Below, piece by piece: positions 1 through 10,699 of a stretch of 32,000 nucleotides of DNA. The notes under the pieces were generated by a model, which worked only from the letters and a program-made list of their open reading frames with translations, had not been told where the DNA came from and made no database searches. The DNA is from Candidatus Electronema halotolerans (GTDB lineage: Bacteria; Desulfobacterota; Desulfobulbia; Desulfobulbales; Desulfobulbaceae). The translations under genes and the position numbers were made by a program. The stretch spans positions 1,740,001 to 1,772,000 of the forward strand of contig OW818675.1 of assembly GCA_942493095.1 (NCBI GenBank). Reading direction: 5' to 3'. Each line of letters starts with the position of its first letter. Positions within the stretch are counted from its first letter, which is position 1.

Positions 1-2
1 TG

Positions 3-326
3 GATGTGGTCATGGTCGGCTCGCAGACCGGCACTGAGGAGGACTACCGCGAGCTGGAGGCGATCACTGATCCGGGCACAGTCATTGTCGATGATGCCAA
101 CCCGCTGGAGCTGAACAGCTTTCTCAAGGAAAAAGGCGTGGATATCTTTGTCGGCGGAGTCAAGGAGCGGCCTATTGCCTACAAGCTGGGCATTGGCTTC
201 TGCGACCACAACCATGAGCGCAAGGAGGCTCTGGCTGGCTTTGAGGGCATGCTCAACTTTGCCAAAGAGGTCTATTCCTCGGTCATGAGTCCGGTCTGGC
301 GGTTTGTGCCGAGGAAGACAGCCTGA
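3..326 (+). CDS. nifE: Nitrogenase MoFe-cofactor biosynthesis protein NifE, C-terminal part (5' truncated by window edge)
   Basis: Frame is open to the window start. The C-terminus 'VDIFVGGVKERPIAYKLGIGFCDHNHERKEALAGFEGMLNFAKEVYSSVMSPVWRFVPR' matches the NifE pattern (DxNH....AGxEGM..A.....SPVW) better than NifD. Confidence 0.75.
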   Translation, partial: DVVMVGSQTGTEEDYRELEAITDPGTVIVDDANPLELNSFLKEKGVDIFVGGVKERPIAYKLGIGFCDHNHERKEALAGFEGMLNFAKEVYSSVMSPVWRFVPRKTA

Positions 327-339
327 GCGGCCTGACTAT

Positions 340-2823
340 TCAAAAGGCAGGCTGTGCTCTTCCGCACTCCAGAACCCTGCCGTCTGTTGCGCACTGCGCT
401 GCTCCCTGTTCTCTGGTGATCCAGACCGCAATATGCCGCTCCTGCCAGAGGGCAAGATTTGTCGCTGCCGGGAAATGCTCCTGCCGATACCCTGTTCCGG
501 CGGAAACCACAATCAGCTCTGGTCTGACCGCTGCCAGAAACGCTTCGCTGTTTGAGGTGCTGCTGCCATGATGCGCGGCCAGAAGCATATCCGCCTGCAA
601 GTCCTCGTTTTTTTGGATAAGCAGTTGTTCGCTGCGCTTGCCGATGTCGCCGGGCAGGAGAAAAGCCCGTTGCCCGTGCTGATAACGAAGCACCAGCGAG
701 GCATCGTTGACATCCCCTCCCGGAGCTGCGCCGTGCAGGACGGTCAGAGCAAAGTCCTTGCCCTGCGCCAGCCGTTGTTTGTTCTCAGGAATCAGCACGC
801 GGATGCCCTGCCCTGCTGCCTGATCAAGAATCTGCTGATAATTCCCCTCCCGGTGCGCGTCACCGTTAATCCAGAGCTGCTTGGGCCGGAAATGGCAAAG
901 GATGAAGTCCATGCCGCTGAAATGGTCGCTGTGCGGATGGCTGATCACGGCCTGATCCAGCCGCCAGATGCGCTGGCTCCAGAGATACGGCCCGATGACC
1001 TGCTCGCCGATTTTGGCCGCTGTGCTGCCGCCGTCGGCAAGAATACGGGTGCCGTCCGGCAAATGGAGAAATGCCGATGAGCCTTGGCCGATATCCAAGA
1101 TTGTGACCTGACTGCGGCCCGGTCGTTCTGGCAGCCAGAGTCCCCACGTAAAATGGAGAACAAGGAGGGCTGCGCCGAGCAGCGCGGTTTTGCGACGATG
1201 CAGCGTCCAGAGCAGGAGCAGCAGGAAATACGCAAGAATTTCCCAACTGCTGGGCCTGATTGTCCAGACCGAAGCCCACGGCAGGGCGGCTCCTTGGCCA
1301 ACGCACCATTGCCCGGCTGCAAGACCGAGGCTGCCGATCTTGAGCAGCACGATGGCGAGCGGCGGAGAGATGAAAATGCAGGGAATGGCTGCCAAGCCCC
1401 ACGGCAAGGCCCAGAAGCAAAGCAGCGGCTCGATCAGCAGGTTCAGCAGCGGGCTGATCAGCGAAATGCGGTGGAAATGGAAGAGCATCAGCGGCAGGGT
1501 GCCCAAGGTTGCGGCAATGGAGGCCATGAATAGCGGCACCAGCCAGCGGGCAATAATGCCTTTTTTCTCTTCCGAATCTGGCGGCAGAATCTGGGGCAGG
1601 AAGAGAATCAAAGCGGCGACTGCACTGAAAGAGAGCTGAAACGAGGCCGTGAACAGGGTCAGCGGATTGCTGGCTAAAACCAGCAGGGCGGCGGCAGCAA
1701 GCAGGTGCAGCAGGTTGTGCTGGCGGCGGAGCAGCGCAGCGGCAAGGAGAATCGCGGCCATGACCACCGCCCGCAGCACCGGCGTGTTCATCCCGGCAAT
1801 CAGGGCGTAGGTGAAGAGCAGCGGCAGGGTGCCCAGCAGGGCCAAGCTCGGCAGATGGCTGTGCAGGAGCAGCCAGCGCGACCGTCCCAAGAGCCAGCGG
1901 AGCAGTGTGGCGGCCAGCAGGGCGAGCAGGCCGACATGCAGGCCGGAAATCGCCAAGATGTGCATGGTGCCGGTGGCCTTGAACTGCTCCAGCAGTTCCG
2001 GCGCGACCTTGGCCCGGCTGCCGATGAGCAGGGCTTCATATACGCCTGCCAGCTCAGGGCGGAGCTGCTGGCTAAGGAACAGGCCGATCTGCTGCCGAAT
2101 CCGCTCCGGGAACCAGCGCAGCCGCTGCCAGCCGCTTTTGCTCTGATCATTGATCGGCAGCACGTCCTGCCGCTCGCTGATCCAGCCGCTCAGGTAAATA
2201 TTTTCTGCTGCCAAATAGACGGGATAGTTAAAGGCACCGGGTGTCTTGAAGCGATGCGGCGGGCCAATTTTGGCCAGCAGCATCAGGGTTGCGCCAGGCC
2301 GCAGATCATCCGCCCGGCCCGGCAGGGACAGCCGCACTCTGCCGCGCACCGGCTGCCAGTGCTGACCCAGCCGAACCTCCTCGGTCTCCAGGACAAAGCG
2401 GGAAATGAGTTCCTTGCCCTGCTCAGTTTGCTTTGTGCCGGTTTCCACCATGCCCGCGAGCGTGCCGACCAGCGTTACCTGCGTCTGCTCATGAATCAGG
2501 GAGGCGAGCTGTCCTACAGCCTGCGGCGCGTTGAGCTGATGGCGGACATGCAGGTGTCCGGTGAGGAAAAACAGGGGCAGGCTGAGGAAGAGAGCAGCCT
2601 GCTTGCTTCTGAGCACAAGGGCCAGCGCGGCAATGAGCAGCAGAGCAAGGACTGTGGCGGGTTCAGCAAGCAGCGGATGCAGCTTTCCGGCGATGATGCC
2701 AAGGAGAAAGCAGGCGGTGACTGGCAGGAGGAGGTTGCGTTCGCACCAGCGGAGGGCTGCTGGAGGGGAACCTGAATCCGTGAATTTAATGCAATAAAAA
2801 TACACTTGACTTAAAATCAACAT
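340..2823 (-). CDS. comEC: DNA internalization-related competence protein ComEC/Rec2 family (multi-TM competence domain plus metallo-beta-lactamase domain)
   Basis: 827-aa ORF with an N-terminal hydrophobic region, the competence motif 'MHILAISGLHVGLLALL', and C-terminal MBL motifs 'VISHPHSDHFSGMDFIL' and 'AAHHGSSTSNSEAFL'. The true start is probably somewhat downstream of the first Met. Confidence 0.93.
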   Translation of the reverse strand: MLILSQVYFYCIKFTDSGSPPAALRWCERNLLLPVTACFLLGIIAGKLHPLLAEPATVLALLLIAALALVLRSKQAALFLSLPLFFLTGHLHVRHQLNAPQAVGQLASLIHEQTQVTLVGTLAGMVETGTKQTEQGKELISRFVLETEEVRLGQHWQPVRGRVRLSLPGRADDLRPGATLMLLAKIGPPHRFKTPGAFNYPVYLAAENIYLSGWISERQDVLPINDQSKSGWQRLRWFPERIRQQIGLFLSQQLRPELAGVYEALLIGSRAKVAPELLEQFKATGTMHILAISGLHVGLLALLAATLLRWLLGRSRWLLLHSHLPSLALLGTLPLLFTYALIAGMNTPVLRAVVMAAILLAAALLRRQHNLLHLLAAAALLVLASNPLTLFTASFQLSFSAVAALILFLPQILPPDSEEKKGIIARWLVPLFMASIAATLGTLPLMLFHFHRISLISPLLNLLIEPLLCFWALPWGLAAIPCIFISPPLAIVLLKIGSLGLAAGQWCVGQGAALPWASVWTIRPSSWEILAYFLLLLLWTLHRRKTALLGAALLVLHFTWGLWLPERPGRSQVTILDIGQGSSAFLHLPDGTRILADGGSTAAKIGEQVIGPYLWSQRIWRLDQAVISHPHSDHFSGMDFILCHFRPKQLWINGDAHREGNYQQILDQAAGQGIRVLIPENKQRLAQGKDFALTVLHGAAPGGDVNDASLVLRYQHGQRAFLLPGDIGKRSEQLLIQKNEDLQADMLLAAHHGSSTSNSEAFLAAVRPELIVVSAGTGYRQEHFPAATNLALWQERHIAVWITREQGAAQCATDGRVLECGRAQPAF

Positions 2824-2824
2824 C

Positions 2825-2853
2825 TTGACATTTCAGGCAAAAAAGTGTAATAT
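2825..2853 (+). promoter_or_regulatory. Predicted sigma70-type promoter TTGACA-N17-TAATAT
   Basis: TTGACA at 2825-2830, 17-nt spacer, TAATAT at 2848-2853, in an AT-rich intergenic region upstream of the rightward signalling operon. Confidence 0.5.
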
Positions 2854-3195
2854 ATTTCTGTCAGAAATTTAACTTAGCAGATGAAAAATGAAACGTTTTA
2901 TTCTCAATGGTTCGGTAATTTTTTTCAGCGCGTGAGGCGCAACGATGTTCAAAATCGACTATGCTGAATAAAAGACTTGAATAAAACTCAATAGTATTGG
3001 CTCTCCGATAATTTCCGGGGTTGTAATTCCAGTGCTTTTGGTGGTGCGAAAAAGTGATGGATGGCGAGCAGCACGGCCCGGAACGGCTGCGGGATTTGAC
3101 AGGCCTCTTGTTTTGTGGTATTTGAAGCAGGCTTCCTTGCCAAGGAGCACGGCGAATCCAATGCCTGACCTCTGCCATATATCCACCGCAGCCCC

Positions 3196-3510
3196 GTGCC
3201 GAATCTGAACAGAAAACAGCAGCCAGAGCCGTATGGTCAGACGGCGGTCATTCTTTTTCTCCTCCTGCTCTTCCTGCTGGCCGTGCTCTGCATCGGCATC
3301 GGCCTGAGCTGGCTGGAGACCCCGCCGTCAGCCTCCTCTCCGCCCGCTTCCGCAGCGGCAGCCTGCATTGAGCCGCAAAAAAAATCAGGCAGCTTGTCAT
3401 TCCATCAGTTCCGCCGTATCATGAAAAAAGAAGACCTGCGCAGCTTTGCTCTTTTTCCGTTGACTGACGGAACGGCAATGTCCTGCGGCCTCAATATGCT
3501 GAGAGGATGA
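3196..3510 (+). CDS. Hypothetical small protein with one N-terminal transmembrane segment
   Basis: 104-aa ORF starting GTG; hydrophobic stretch 'AVILFLLLLFLLAVLCIGIGLSWL'. Its stop is 8 nt before the next CDS in an operon-like layout. Confidence 0.55.
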   Translation: MPNLNRKQQPEPYGQTAVILFLLLLFLLAVLCIGIGLSWLETPPSASSPPASAAAACIEPQKKSGSLSFHQFRRIMKKEDLRSFALFPLTDGTAMSCGLNMLRG

Positions 3511-3517
3511 TGACACC

Positions 3518-3901
3518 ATGAACGGAACCGTGGAAAGGTCTCCAGCAATTTTAGTCATTGATGACGACTTCGCCAATCGCAAAGTGCTGGAGATGGTGCT
3601 CAAGCGGTCTGGCTATCATCCGATGCTGGCTGGAGACGGGGAGGAGGGGCTGCGGCAGGCGCGGGAAACCTTGCCGGACTTGATTCTTCTTGATCTCTTC
3701 ATGCCGGGCGAGGACGGTTTTGAGGTGCTGACTCAGTTCAAGGAGGACGAGAGGCTCCGGGCGGTGCCGGTGGTCATCTTCACCGTGCTAGTCCGGGAGG
3801 AGTCAGAGCGGAAGGCCCTTGAGCTGGGCGCGGCGGCCTATGTCACCAAGCCCTTTGATGTCGATGAGGTGATCACCTGCATTCGCCGCATTCTGCCATG
3901 A
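3518..3901 (+). CDS. Single-domain response regulator (CheY-like receiver)
   Basis: 'ILVIDDDFANRKVLEMVL' acidic pocket, 'LILLDLFMPGEDG' phosphoacceptor Asp, 'AAAYVTKPFD' Lys-Pro motif. Confidence 0.92.
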   Translation: MNGTVERSPAILVIDDDFANRKVLEMVLKRSGYHPMLAGDGEEGLRQARETLPDLILLDLFMPGEDGFEVLTQFKEDERLRAVPVVIFTVLVREESERKALELGAAAYVTKPFDVDEVITCIRRILP

Positions 3902-5541
3902 TGCTGCCTTTTGCCGGGCAAAGCGCGCCGCCGCCGGAACAGAGCCTGTCCTGCGGCAGGGAGGAGCGCGTCTGCGTCCTGCTGGTCCTGTGCGCCTCCC
4001 TGCTCGGCCTCTGGTGGACGAGCCATCATAATTACCTGCTCTTCCACAGCTTGGTGGAGATGTACAATGTGGTGGTGCTCTGGGGAGTCTTTTTTGTCAC
4101 CTGGAGTGCCCGACGGCTGCTGCGCAGCAACTGTCTGCTGATGCTGGGCGTGTCCTCGCTCTTTGTCGGCTTTCTCTATCTGCTCCACATGCTGGCCTAC
4201 AAGGGCATGGGTGTTTTTTTCCAAGCTGATGCCAATCTGCCCACCCAGCTCTGGATTGCGGCCCGCCTGCTCCAAGGGCTGTCCTTTGCTGCCGCCGCAG
4301 CCAGCCTTTTTCGCCCCAAGTTAGATATCAGCGCGCCGCCGCTTGCCGCCTTCTGGGGACTGCTGACCCTGCTCTCCACCTGGCTGATTTTTACAGGCCG
4401 CTTCCCGGTCTGCTTTGTCGAGGGCAGCGGCCTGACCTTGTTTAAGCAAGCAGGGGAATGGCTAGCCATAGTCTTGCTGCTGACTGCCGGTCTGCTTATC
4501 TGGCTGCACCGGGAGCAGGTCAATGTCAAAATATTGCGCCTCCTCCTTGCCGCCCTGCTCCTGACTGCGGCGGCAGGCTTCATGTTCACCCGCTACGCCT
4601 CAGTCTATGGCCCGGCCAACATGCTGGGTCATTTCTTTAATCTCGGCTCCTCCTACTGTCTGTTCCGGGCCTTCATCCGCACTGGCATCACCGCGCCACA
4701 GGCCCTGCTCTTCCATGAGCTGAACCGTCGGCAGGAGGAGCTGGAGCAGAGCAAAGACAATCTGGAGCAGCAGGTGCGGCAGCGCACCGCCAATCTGCAT
4801 CAGAAAAACAAGGAGCTGGAGGAGAGCAACCAGCGGCTCAATGATTTTGCCTACAGCATTTCCCATGATCTGCGCGAGCCGCTGCGGGGCATGTACAACT
4901 TTGCCCATTTTCTGGCGGAAGATTACCGGGACAGCATTGACCAGGATGGCCGCGAGATGCTGGACACCATCATGCGGCTGGCCAAACGCTTGGATGCCCA
5001 GGTGCTGGCCGTGCTCAAATATTCCCGCATCGGGCGGCTGGACTTGGACCTGCATCCGACTGATCTTGACCGCCTGCTCGACGAGGTCATCGACAGCCTC
5101 CAAGGGCGCATCGCCGCTGCCAAGGTCAGGATCAAACGGCCCGAGCCGCTGCCGCACATCCTCTGCCATGCTGAATATGTCCGGGAGGCGTTCCACAATC
5201 TGATCAGCAATGCGGTTATCTACAATGACAAGGATATCAAAGAGATTGCAATTGGCTGGCATCCGCCTGGCTTCCTGCCTGCGGGCGTTCCCATGCAGGA
5301 GCGGAATGCGCCGGTTTTTTACGTCCGCGACAACGGCATTGGCATTCCAGAGAAGCATTTTCAAAAAATTTTTGGTATATTTCGTCGGCTGCACGGACAG
5401 GACAAATACGGGGGCGGCACCGGCGTGGGGCTGACCATTGCCCGACAGGTGATTGAGCGGCACGGCGGCCTGATCACCTTGAAGTCAGAGCCGGGCAAAG
5501 GCACCACCTTTTATTTCACGCTCTCCTCCGGGGAATCATGA
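3898..5541 (+). CDS. Membrane sensor histidine kinase with N-terminal MASE3-like domain
   Basis: MASE3-like '[25 protein letters not shown]...[13 protein letters not shown]...[12 protein letters not shown]'; H-box '[12 protein letters not shown]'; HATPase motifs '[11 protein letters not shown]', '[14 protein letters not shown]', '[20 protein letters not shown]'. 4-nt overlap with the previous gene. Confidence 0.9.
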   Translation: MMLPFAGQSAPPPEQSLSCGREERVCVLLVLCASLLGLWWTSHHNYLLFHSLVEMYNVVVLWGVFFVTWSARRLLRSNCLLMLGVSSLFVGFLYLLHMLAYKGMGVFFQADANLPTQLWIAARLLQGLSFAAAAASLFRPKLDISAPPLAAFWGLLTLLSTWLIFTGRFPVCFVEGSGLTLFKQAGEWLAIVLLLTAGLLIWLHREQVNVKILRLLLAALLLTAAAGFMFTRYASVYGPANMLGHFFNLGSSYCLFRAFIRTGITAPQALLFHELNRRQEELEQSKDNLEQQVRQRTANLHQKNKELEESNQRLNDFAYSISHDLREPLRGMYNFAHFLAEDYRDSIDQDGREMLDTIMRLAKRLDAQVLAVLKYSRIGRLDLDLHPTDLDRLLDEVIDSLQGRIAAAKVRIKRPEPLPHILCHAEYVREAFHNLISNAVIYNDKDIKEIAIGWHPPGFLPAGVPMQERNAPVFYVRDNGIGIPEKHFQKIFGIFRRLHGQDKYGGGTGVGLTIARQVIERHGGLITLKSEPGKGTTFYFTLSSGES

Positions 5542-7790
5542 GGCAGATGTTCACACAGAACGAAACAGCAGACAAAGGCAGCAAACTGCGCCAGCGGGCC
5601 GAGGCCGCAGTTGCCGAACTTGAGGAAAAGGCCTATTCGGAAGATTCAGCCGACGTGAAACGTTTGGTCGAAGAGCTGAACATCTTTCACGTTGAGCTGG
5701 AAATGCAGAACGAGGAGCTGCGCCGCACTCAGGCCGCCTTGGAGCGATCCCGGCGGCATCTGGCCGACTTGTTCACCCATGCGCCAATCGGCTTTCTGGT
5801 TCTTGGCCGCAACGGCCAGATTGTTGAGACCAACACCTTGGCCAGAGAGTATTTCGGTCTTTCCGAACAGATGCTGACCAAGCGCACCCTTCAGTCCTTT
5901 ATCAGCCCGGACACTTTTCACACCTATATTGAGGCGGTGCAGAAGGTGCGGCGCGGCGAGACCAGAATCGCCCAGGCCGAAGTCAGACTCCGCATCACCC
6001 CGGATCAGCATTTCTGGGCTAGGCTGCGCATGGACATGATTGACGCTTATGATCAGGAGGAGAAAATTATTCTCTGCTCAATACGGAATATTGACAAGGA
6101 AAAGGCGGCGGAGCGGGTCCTGCTCAATGCCCGCGCCGAGCTGCTGACCCAGATTGAGTACCGGACCTCGGAGCTGGAGATTTCAGAACGCAAGTACCAC
6201 CTGCTGCTCAATCATGCCAATGACGCGATCATCGTCAGCCTGGCGAAAAACGGCATCATTGTTGAAGCCAACGAGCAGGCCTCCCGCCTGCTCAACATCC
6301 CGGTGCGGCGGCTGCTGGGCTGTCATTTGGCCAGCATTTTCTCGCCTGAGCAGGTGGCGGAGTTCTTCAACCTGCCGTCCGCTTCAGACGACAATGAAGG
6401 CGCAGCAGGCAGCGTGGTGGAGACGCTGGTCCGCAGCCTTCATGAGCAGCAAATTCCGGTCGAAGTCAGCACGGCGGCAGTGGACTTCCAAGGCGAGCAT
6501 TTTCTGCTGCATATCATGCGCGACATCAGCGACCGAAAACAGGCGGAAAAGGAGCTGCGGCAGGCGAAGCGACGGACCGAGCATGCCAACATGGCCCTGA
6601 TGTCAACCATCAGCAAGGCCAAGCGGCTGGCTGAGGAGGCGCGGGAGGCCAACCGGGCCAAGAGTCGCTTTTTAGCCGCCATGAGCCATGAGATCAGAAC
6701 CCCGATGAACGCCATCATCGGCATGACCGAGATTGTCCTCCAGAGCCAGCTGAACCAGGAGCAGCATCGTTTTCTCAGCATTGTCCGCAACTCTGCCGGG
6801 CGGCTGCTCGACCTGATCAACGACATCCTTGATTTCTCCAAAATTGAGGCGGGCAAGCTCAGTCTCTCGTCCGCACCCTTTTCCCTGAAACAAAGCCTGC
6901 TCTCAGTCCGGGACGAAATGCAGATTCTGGCCGAGCAGAAAAATCTCTATCTGCACTTTGATTTCAAAGGCTGCGTGGAGCATGAGCTGTTTGGTGATTT
7001 CAGCCGCATCAGGCAGGTTCTGGTCAATCTGCTCGGCAATGCGATCAAATTCACTGACGAAGGCTGCGTGGTCTTCAGCGTCGAGGTGCTGGATCCGCCG
7101 CCAATCACGACCCCGGAACCGGTCAGAGTCCGTTTTGTGGTCAGTGATTCCGGGCCTGGCATTTCCGAAGACCGGCAGACGGTCATTTTTGAAGCCTTTG
7201 AGCAGTCCCAGAAGGACAAGGGCGGCACCGGCTTGGGCCTGTCCATCTCCATGCAGATTGTCAAGATGATGGGCGGCGTGATTCAAGTTGACAGCAGTCC
7301 GGGCAAAGGCAGCTGTTTTTTCTTCACCCTCTCCCTGCCCACTGCCGAACCGCAGGCGCAGGGCGCTGTCCCCGCTTCCGCTGCCAAGGCGGCCCGGAAG
7401 CCGGTCCCCAGCTCCAAGCAGCTCTCTGTGCTCTTGGTTGATGATGTCGAGGCCAACCGGATTCTGGCCCGCCATCTCATGGAGCAGCGGGGCTGGCAGG
7501 TCTGCGAGGCGGTCAATGGACAGGAGGCCTTGGACCGGGTGGCGGAGCAGGACTATGATCTGGTCCTGATGGACGTGGAAATGCCGGTCATGAACGGCAT
7601 TGAGGCGACCAAGCAGCTGCGGCGGCAGGAGGCGGGCAATGGCGGCGGCCATCTGCCGGTGATTGCCATGACCGCCCATGCCCTCCAAGGCGACCGGGAA
7701 CGGATGCTGGCCTCCGGCATGGACGACTATGTGAGCAAGCCGTTGATCTTGGATGAATTCTTTCAAGCCATTGAACGACAGCTGCGGTGA
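5538..7790 (+). CDS. Hybrid sensor histidine kinase (PAS-PAS-HisKA-HATPase_c-REC)
   Basis: Two PAS-like segments; H-box '[19 protein letters not shown]'; '[10 protein letters not shown]', 'VSDSGPGIS', '[14 protein letters not shown]'; C-terminal REC '[11 protein letters not shown]...[14 protein letters not shown]...DYVSKPL'. Confidence 0.95.
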   Translation: MRQMFTQNETADKGSKLRQRAEAAVAELEEKAYSEDSADVKRLVEELNIFHVELEMQNEELRRTQAALERSRRHLADLFTHAPIGFLVLGRNGQIVETNTLAREYFGLSEQMLTKRTLQSFISPDTFHTYIEAVQKVRRGETRIAQAEVRLRITPDQHFWARLRMDMIDAYDQEEKIILCSIRNIDKEKAAERVLLNARAELLTQIEYRTSELEISERKYHLLLNHANDAIIVSLAKNGIIVEANEQASRLLNIPVRRLLGCHLASIFSPEQVAEFFNLPSASDDNEGAAGSVVETLVRSLHEQQIPVEVSTAAVDFQGEHFLLHIMRDISDRKQAEKELRQAKRRTEHANMALMSTISKAKRLAEEAREANRAKSRFLAAMSHEIRTPMNAIIGMTEIVLQSQLNQEQHRFLSIVRNSAGRLLDLINDILDFSKIEAGKLSLSSAPFSLKQSLLSVRDEMQILAEQKNLYLHFDFKGCVEHELFGDFSRIRQVLVNLLGNAIKFTDEGCVVFSVEVLDPPPITTPEPVRVRFVVSDSGPGISEDRQTVIFEAFEQSQKDKGGTGLGLSISMQIVKMMGGVIQVDSSPGKGSCFFFTLSLPTAEPQAQGAVPASAAKAARKPVPSSKQLSVLLVDDVEANRILARHLMEQRGWQVCEAVNGQEALDRVAEQDYDLVLMDVEMPVMNGIEATKQLRRQEAGNGGGHLPVIAMTAHALQGDRERMLASGMDDYVSKPLILDEFFQAIERQLR

Positions 7791-10699
7791 CTGATTCCAA
7801 CGCGCAGGAACAGACAGGCTGGGCCTGCGGCACAGTTGGCCTTGGTGCTTCGGCAGGCGGCTTGGAAGCCCTGATCAGCTTCTTTAAAGCCATGCCGACG
7901 GACAGCGGCCTGGTCTTCATTGTGGTCCAGCATCTGTCGCCGGACCGGAAAAGCGCCATGCCGGATTTGCTGGCGCATCACACCAGCATGAACATTTTTC
8001 CGGCAGAGCATGGCATGCGCGTCATGCCGGACTGCATCTATCTCCAGCCGCCCCAGACCAACATGACCCTGTTCAAGGGCGCCCTGCTCTTGGACAAGGT
8101 GACAGGCCAGCCCAAGCCGCATCTGCCGATAGATTTTTTTTTCCGCAGCTTGGCTGAGGACCAGAAGGCGCAGGCTGTGGCCATAGTCCTGTCTGGCACG
8201 GGCAGTGACGGCAGCCGGGGCATTGCCGCTGTCAGGCAGGGGGGCGGCATGGTCTTGGTGCAGACACCGGCAGAGGCTGGTTTTGACGGCATGCCGCAGA
8301 GTGCCGCCGCCACTGGCCTGGCTGACTGGATATGCCCGGCAGCGGAGATGCCGAAACGGCTTCAGGACTATCTGCGCCATCCCCGCCTCCGCCGCCAGGC
8401 AGAGGCATCTGCAGGCGAGGAGGCGGACATGACCAGAATCATCGCCCTGCTGCGCAGCCGCACCAATATTGATTTCAGTCTGTACAAGCCGGTCACGATC
8501 AGCCGCCGGATCAGCCGGAGAATGGCGCTGTCCCGCTGCCCAGCCCTGCACGATTATGTGGAGCTGCTCCAGATGCAGCCCTACGAGGCGGACCTGCTCC
8601 AGCGCGACCTGCTGATCGGCGTGACCCGTTTTTTCCGTGACCACAAGGAGTTCGACTATCTGCGGGAAAACATCATTCCCCAGATATTTGACAGCGCGGC
8701 AGAACAGGAGGAAATCCGGGTCTGGGATGCGGGCTGCTCCACTGGCGAGGAAGCCTACACGGTGGCCATGCTTCTCCATGACTACATGACCCGGAAACGG
8801 AAAGGCAGACGCTGGAAGATCAAGGTCTTTGCCACGGATTTGGATCAGCACGCCATTGCCAAGGCGGCCAGAGGCTTTTATTCCGAAGGCATTGCCGCTG
8901 ATCTGCCCCAGGACATTCTGGAACGGTATTTCAGAAAGACAGAGAACGGCTTCATTGTCCGGCGGCACATCCGGGAAATGGTCCTCTTTGCCCAGCAGAA
9001 CCTGCTCCAAGATTCGCCCTTCACCCGCTTGGACATGGCGGTCTGCCGCAACCTGCTCATTTACTTGCAGCCTGCGGTGCAGCAGGAGGTGCTGGCCCTG
9101 TTTCATTTTGCGGTCAAGGAAGGCGGCTTTCTCTTTCTCGGCAGCAGCGAGACTGTGACCGAGGACATGGCCGACAATTTCCTGGCCGTGAATCGGCATA
9201 TCCGCATCTACCGTCATGCAGGCAAGGGCCTGCCGCCGCCGAACCGGAACCTGCGGCTGGCCCAGTTTCCCACGTCCCTGCCACTCCGGCAGCCTGAGGC
9301 GGACGCAGTGCGCCAGCGCATGGACTTGGCCCAGCGGCTGGAGCTGCGGGAAGCCCATTATCAGCGCATTGTCGGCAGGATGGCGGCGGCCTGCCTGCTG
9401 GTCAGCCGAGAAGGGGAGATCATTGAGAGCTTTGGCCGGACTGAGCTGCTTCTTCAGCCGCAGCCCGGCAAGATGAACCTGCACCTCAGCGCCATGCTGA
9501 CTCCCACCCTGCTCCTGCCGGTCTGCACGGCCATGCGCGCCTGCCAGCATGAGGTCAAGGGCGAGATGGTCTATGACAACATCAAGATCAGCGAAACCAG
9601 CTCGATCCGCTGGCTGCTCCGGGCCGTGTTCCTGCCGGAGGAGCGGCTGTATCCGGCCAGCATCCTTGTTGCCTTGGAGCAGATGCCGGGCAGATCGGAG
9701 CGGGCCGGGCCGAAAAACAGTCAGCACGAGGAGGAAGTCAACCGGCAGCTACTTGATCTGAAACGGGAAGTTCAGTTCACCCGCGAAAGTCTTGAGGCGG
9801 CCAATGAGGCTCTGCAAACCTCGAATGAGGAGCTGCAGGCGGCCAATGAGGCCCTGCTGGCCTCGAATGAGGAGCTGCAGAGTGCCAACGAGGAGCTGAA
9901 CTCCCTTAATGAGGAACTGAGCACGGTCAATGCCGAATATCAGAGCAAGATCGCGGAGATGTCCGAGCTGTACAATGACTTGGACAATCTTTTTTGCAGC
10001 ACCGACATTGGCTTCATTTTTGTTGACCGGGAGCTGCGCATCCGCAAATACACGCCCTCCGTGGTCAAGGTGATCAACCTGATGCGGCAGGACTTGGGCC
10101 GCCGGATCAGCGACATGGCCGCGCCGCTCTTAGGTGATATTGAGGCCGAGCTGGCAAGCCTGCTCCTGACCCGGAAAAAAAAGGAGCGGGTGGTCCGGCA
10201 CAAGGAGGAGTTCTGGTATCTGGTCCAGTTCATTCCCTATATTGACGAAACCAATGAAGTCAGCGGCATGGTGATTTCCATTGTTGATGTCAGCGAGCAG
10301 AAGCGGGCCGAGGAGGCCCTGCGCCAGTCCAGCGAAGTTCTGGAGCAGATTTTGGCAGCCAGCCCGGCTCCGACCATGATGGTGACCACAGAGGGCGACA
10401 TCCGTTTTGCCAATGAAATGGCGGCGATCATGTTCACCCGGCCAGCCGAGGAGCTGGTGGGCCTGCCGCTCAGTTCCGAACATTTCCTCTTCACTGATCT
10501 GGAAGGCCGCGCCTTTGCCGAGGCCCAGGACTTTGTCCGGGCTGCTGCCGAGGCCAAGGAGGCCCTGATCATCCGCTTGCAAGGCAGAGAGAGCAGGCAG
10601 GAATATTTTCTCACGGTCAAGGCCAACAAACTGACCGCGCAGAACAGCCGTCTGAACGGCGTGGTCCTGACCTTCAGCGAAATCGCCCGGCAAAATTGA
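7787..10699 (+). CDS. CheB-CheR-PAS fusion protein (methylesterase / methyltransferase / coiled coil / PAS)
   Basis: CheB motifs '[10 protein letters not shown]', '[11 protein letters not shown]', '[13 protein letters not shown]'; CheR motifs '[15 protein letters not shown]', '[20 protein letters not shown]' (degenerate SAM motif), '[14 protein letters not shown]', '[12 protein letters not shown]'; '(S/A)NEEL' helical repeats; C-terminal PAS domains. GTG start inside a GTGA overlap. Confidence 0.93.
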   Translation: MTDSNAQEQTGWACGTVGLGASAGGLEALISFFKAMPTDSGLVFIVVQHLSPDRKSAMPDLLAHHTSMNIFPAEHGMRVMPDCIYLQPPQTNMTLFKGALLLDKVTGQPKPHLPIDFFFRSLAEDQKAQAVAIVLSGTGSDGSRGIAAVRQGGGMVLVQTPAEAGFDGMPQSAAATGLADWICPAAEMPKRLQDYLRHPRLRRQAEASAGEEADMTRIIALLRSRTNIDFSLYKPVTISRRISRRMALSRCPALHDYVELLQMQPYEADLLQRDLLIGVTRFFRDHKEFDYLRENIIPQIFDSAAEQEEIRVWDAGCSTGEEAYTVAMLLHDYMTRKRKGRRWKIKVFATDLDQHAIAKAARGFYSEGIAADLPQDILERYFRKTENGFIVRRHIREMVLFAQQNLLQDSPFTRLDMAVCRNLLIYLQPAVQQEVLALFHFAVKEGGFLFLGSSETVTEDMADNFLAVNRHIRIYRHAGKGLPPPNRNLRLAQFPTSLPLRQPEADAVRQRMDLAQRLELREAHYQRIVGRMAAACLLVSREGEIIESFGRTELLLQPQPGKMNLHLSAMLTPTLLLPVCTAMRACQHEVKGEMVYDNIKISETSSIRWLLRAVFLPEERLYPASILVALEQMPGRSERAGPKNSQHEEEVNRQLLDLKREVQFTRESLEAANEALQTSNEELQAANEALLASNEELQSANEELNSLNEELSTVNAEYQSKIAEMSELYNDLDNLFCSTDIGFIFVDRELRIRKYTPSVVKVINLMRQDLGRRISDMAAPLLGDIEAELASLLLTRKKKERVVRHKEEFWYLVQFIPYIDETNEVSGMVISIVDVSEQKRAEEALRQSSEVLEQILAASPAPTMMVTTEGDIRFANEMAAIMFTRPAEELVGLPLSSEHFLFTDLEGRAFAEAQDFVRAAAEAKEALIIRLQGRESRQEYFLTVKANKLTAQNSRLNGVVLTFSEIARQN
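9831..9944 (+). repeat. Internal heptad-like tandem repeat encoding '[42 protein letters not shown]'
   Basis: Repeated ~21/42-nt units such as 'tcgaatgaggagctgcaggcggccaatgaggcc...tcgaatgaggagctgcag' within the CheB-CheR-PAS gene; coordinates approximate. Confidence 0.7.

Noticed and set aside
1705-2775. 356-aa plus-strand ORF opposite comEC
   Set aside because: Gln/Ala/Arg-rich shadow frame of the ComEC coding sequence.
7763-9727. 654-aa minus-strand ORF opposite the CheB-CheR-PAS gene
   Set aside because: Shadow ORF of a GC-rich coding region; it lacks recognisable motifs, while the + strand has clear CheB/CheR domains.
9831-9944. Possible CRISPR-like or regulatory tandem repeat
   Set aside because: No spacers; it encodes a heptad coiled coil in frame inside the CheB-CheR-PAS gene.
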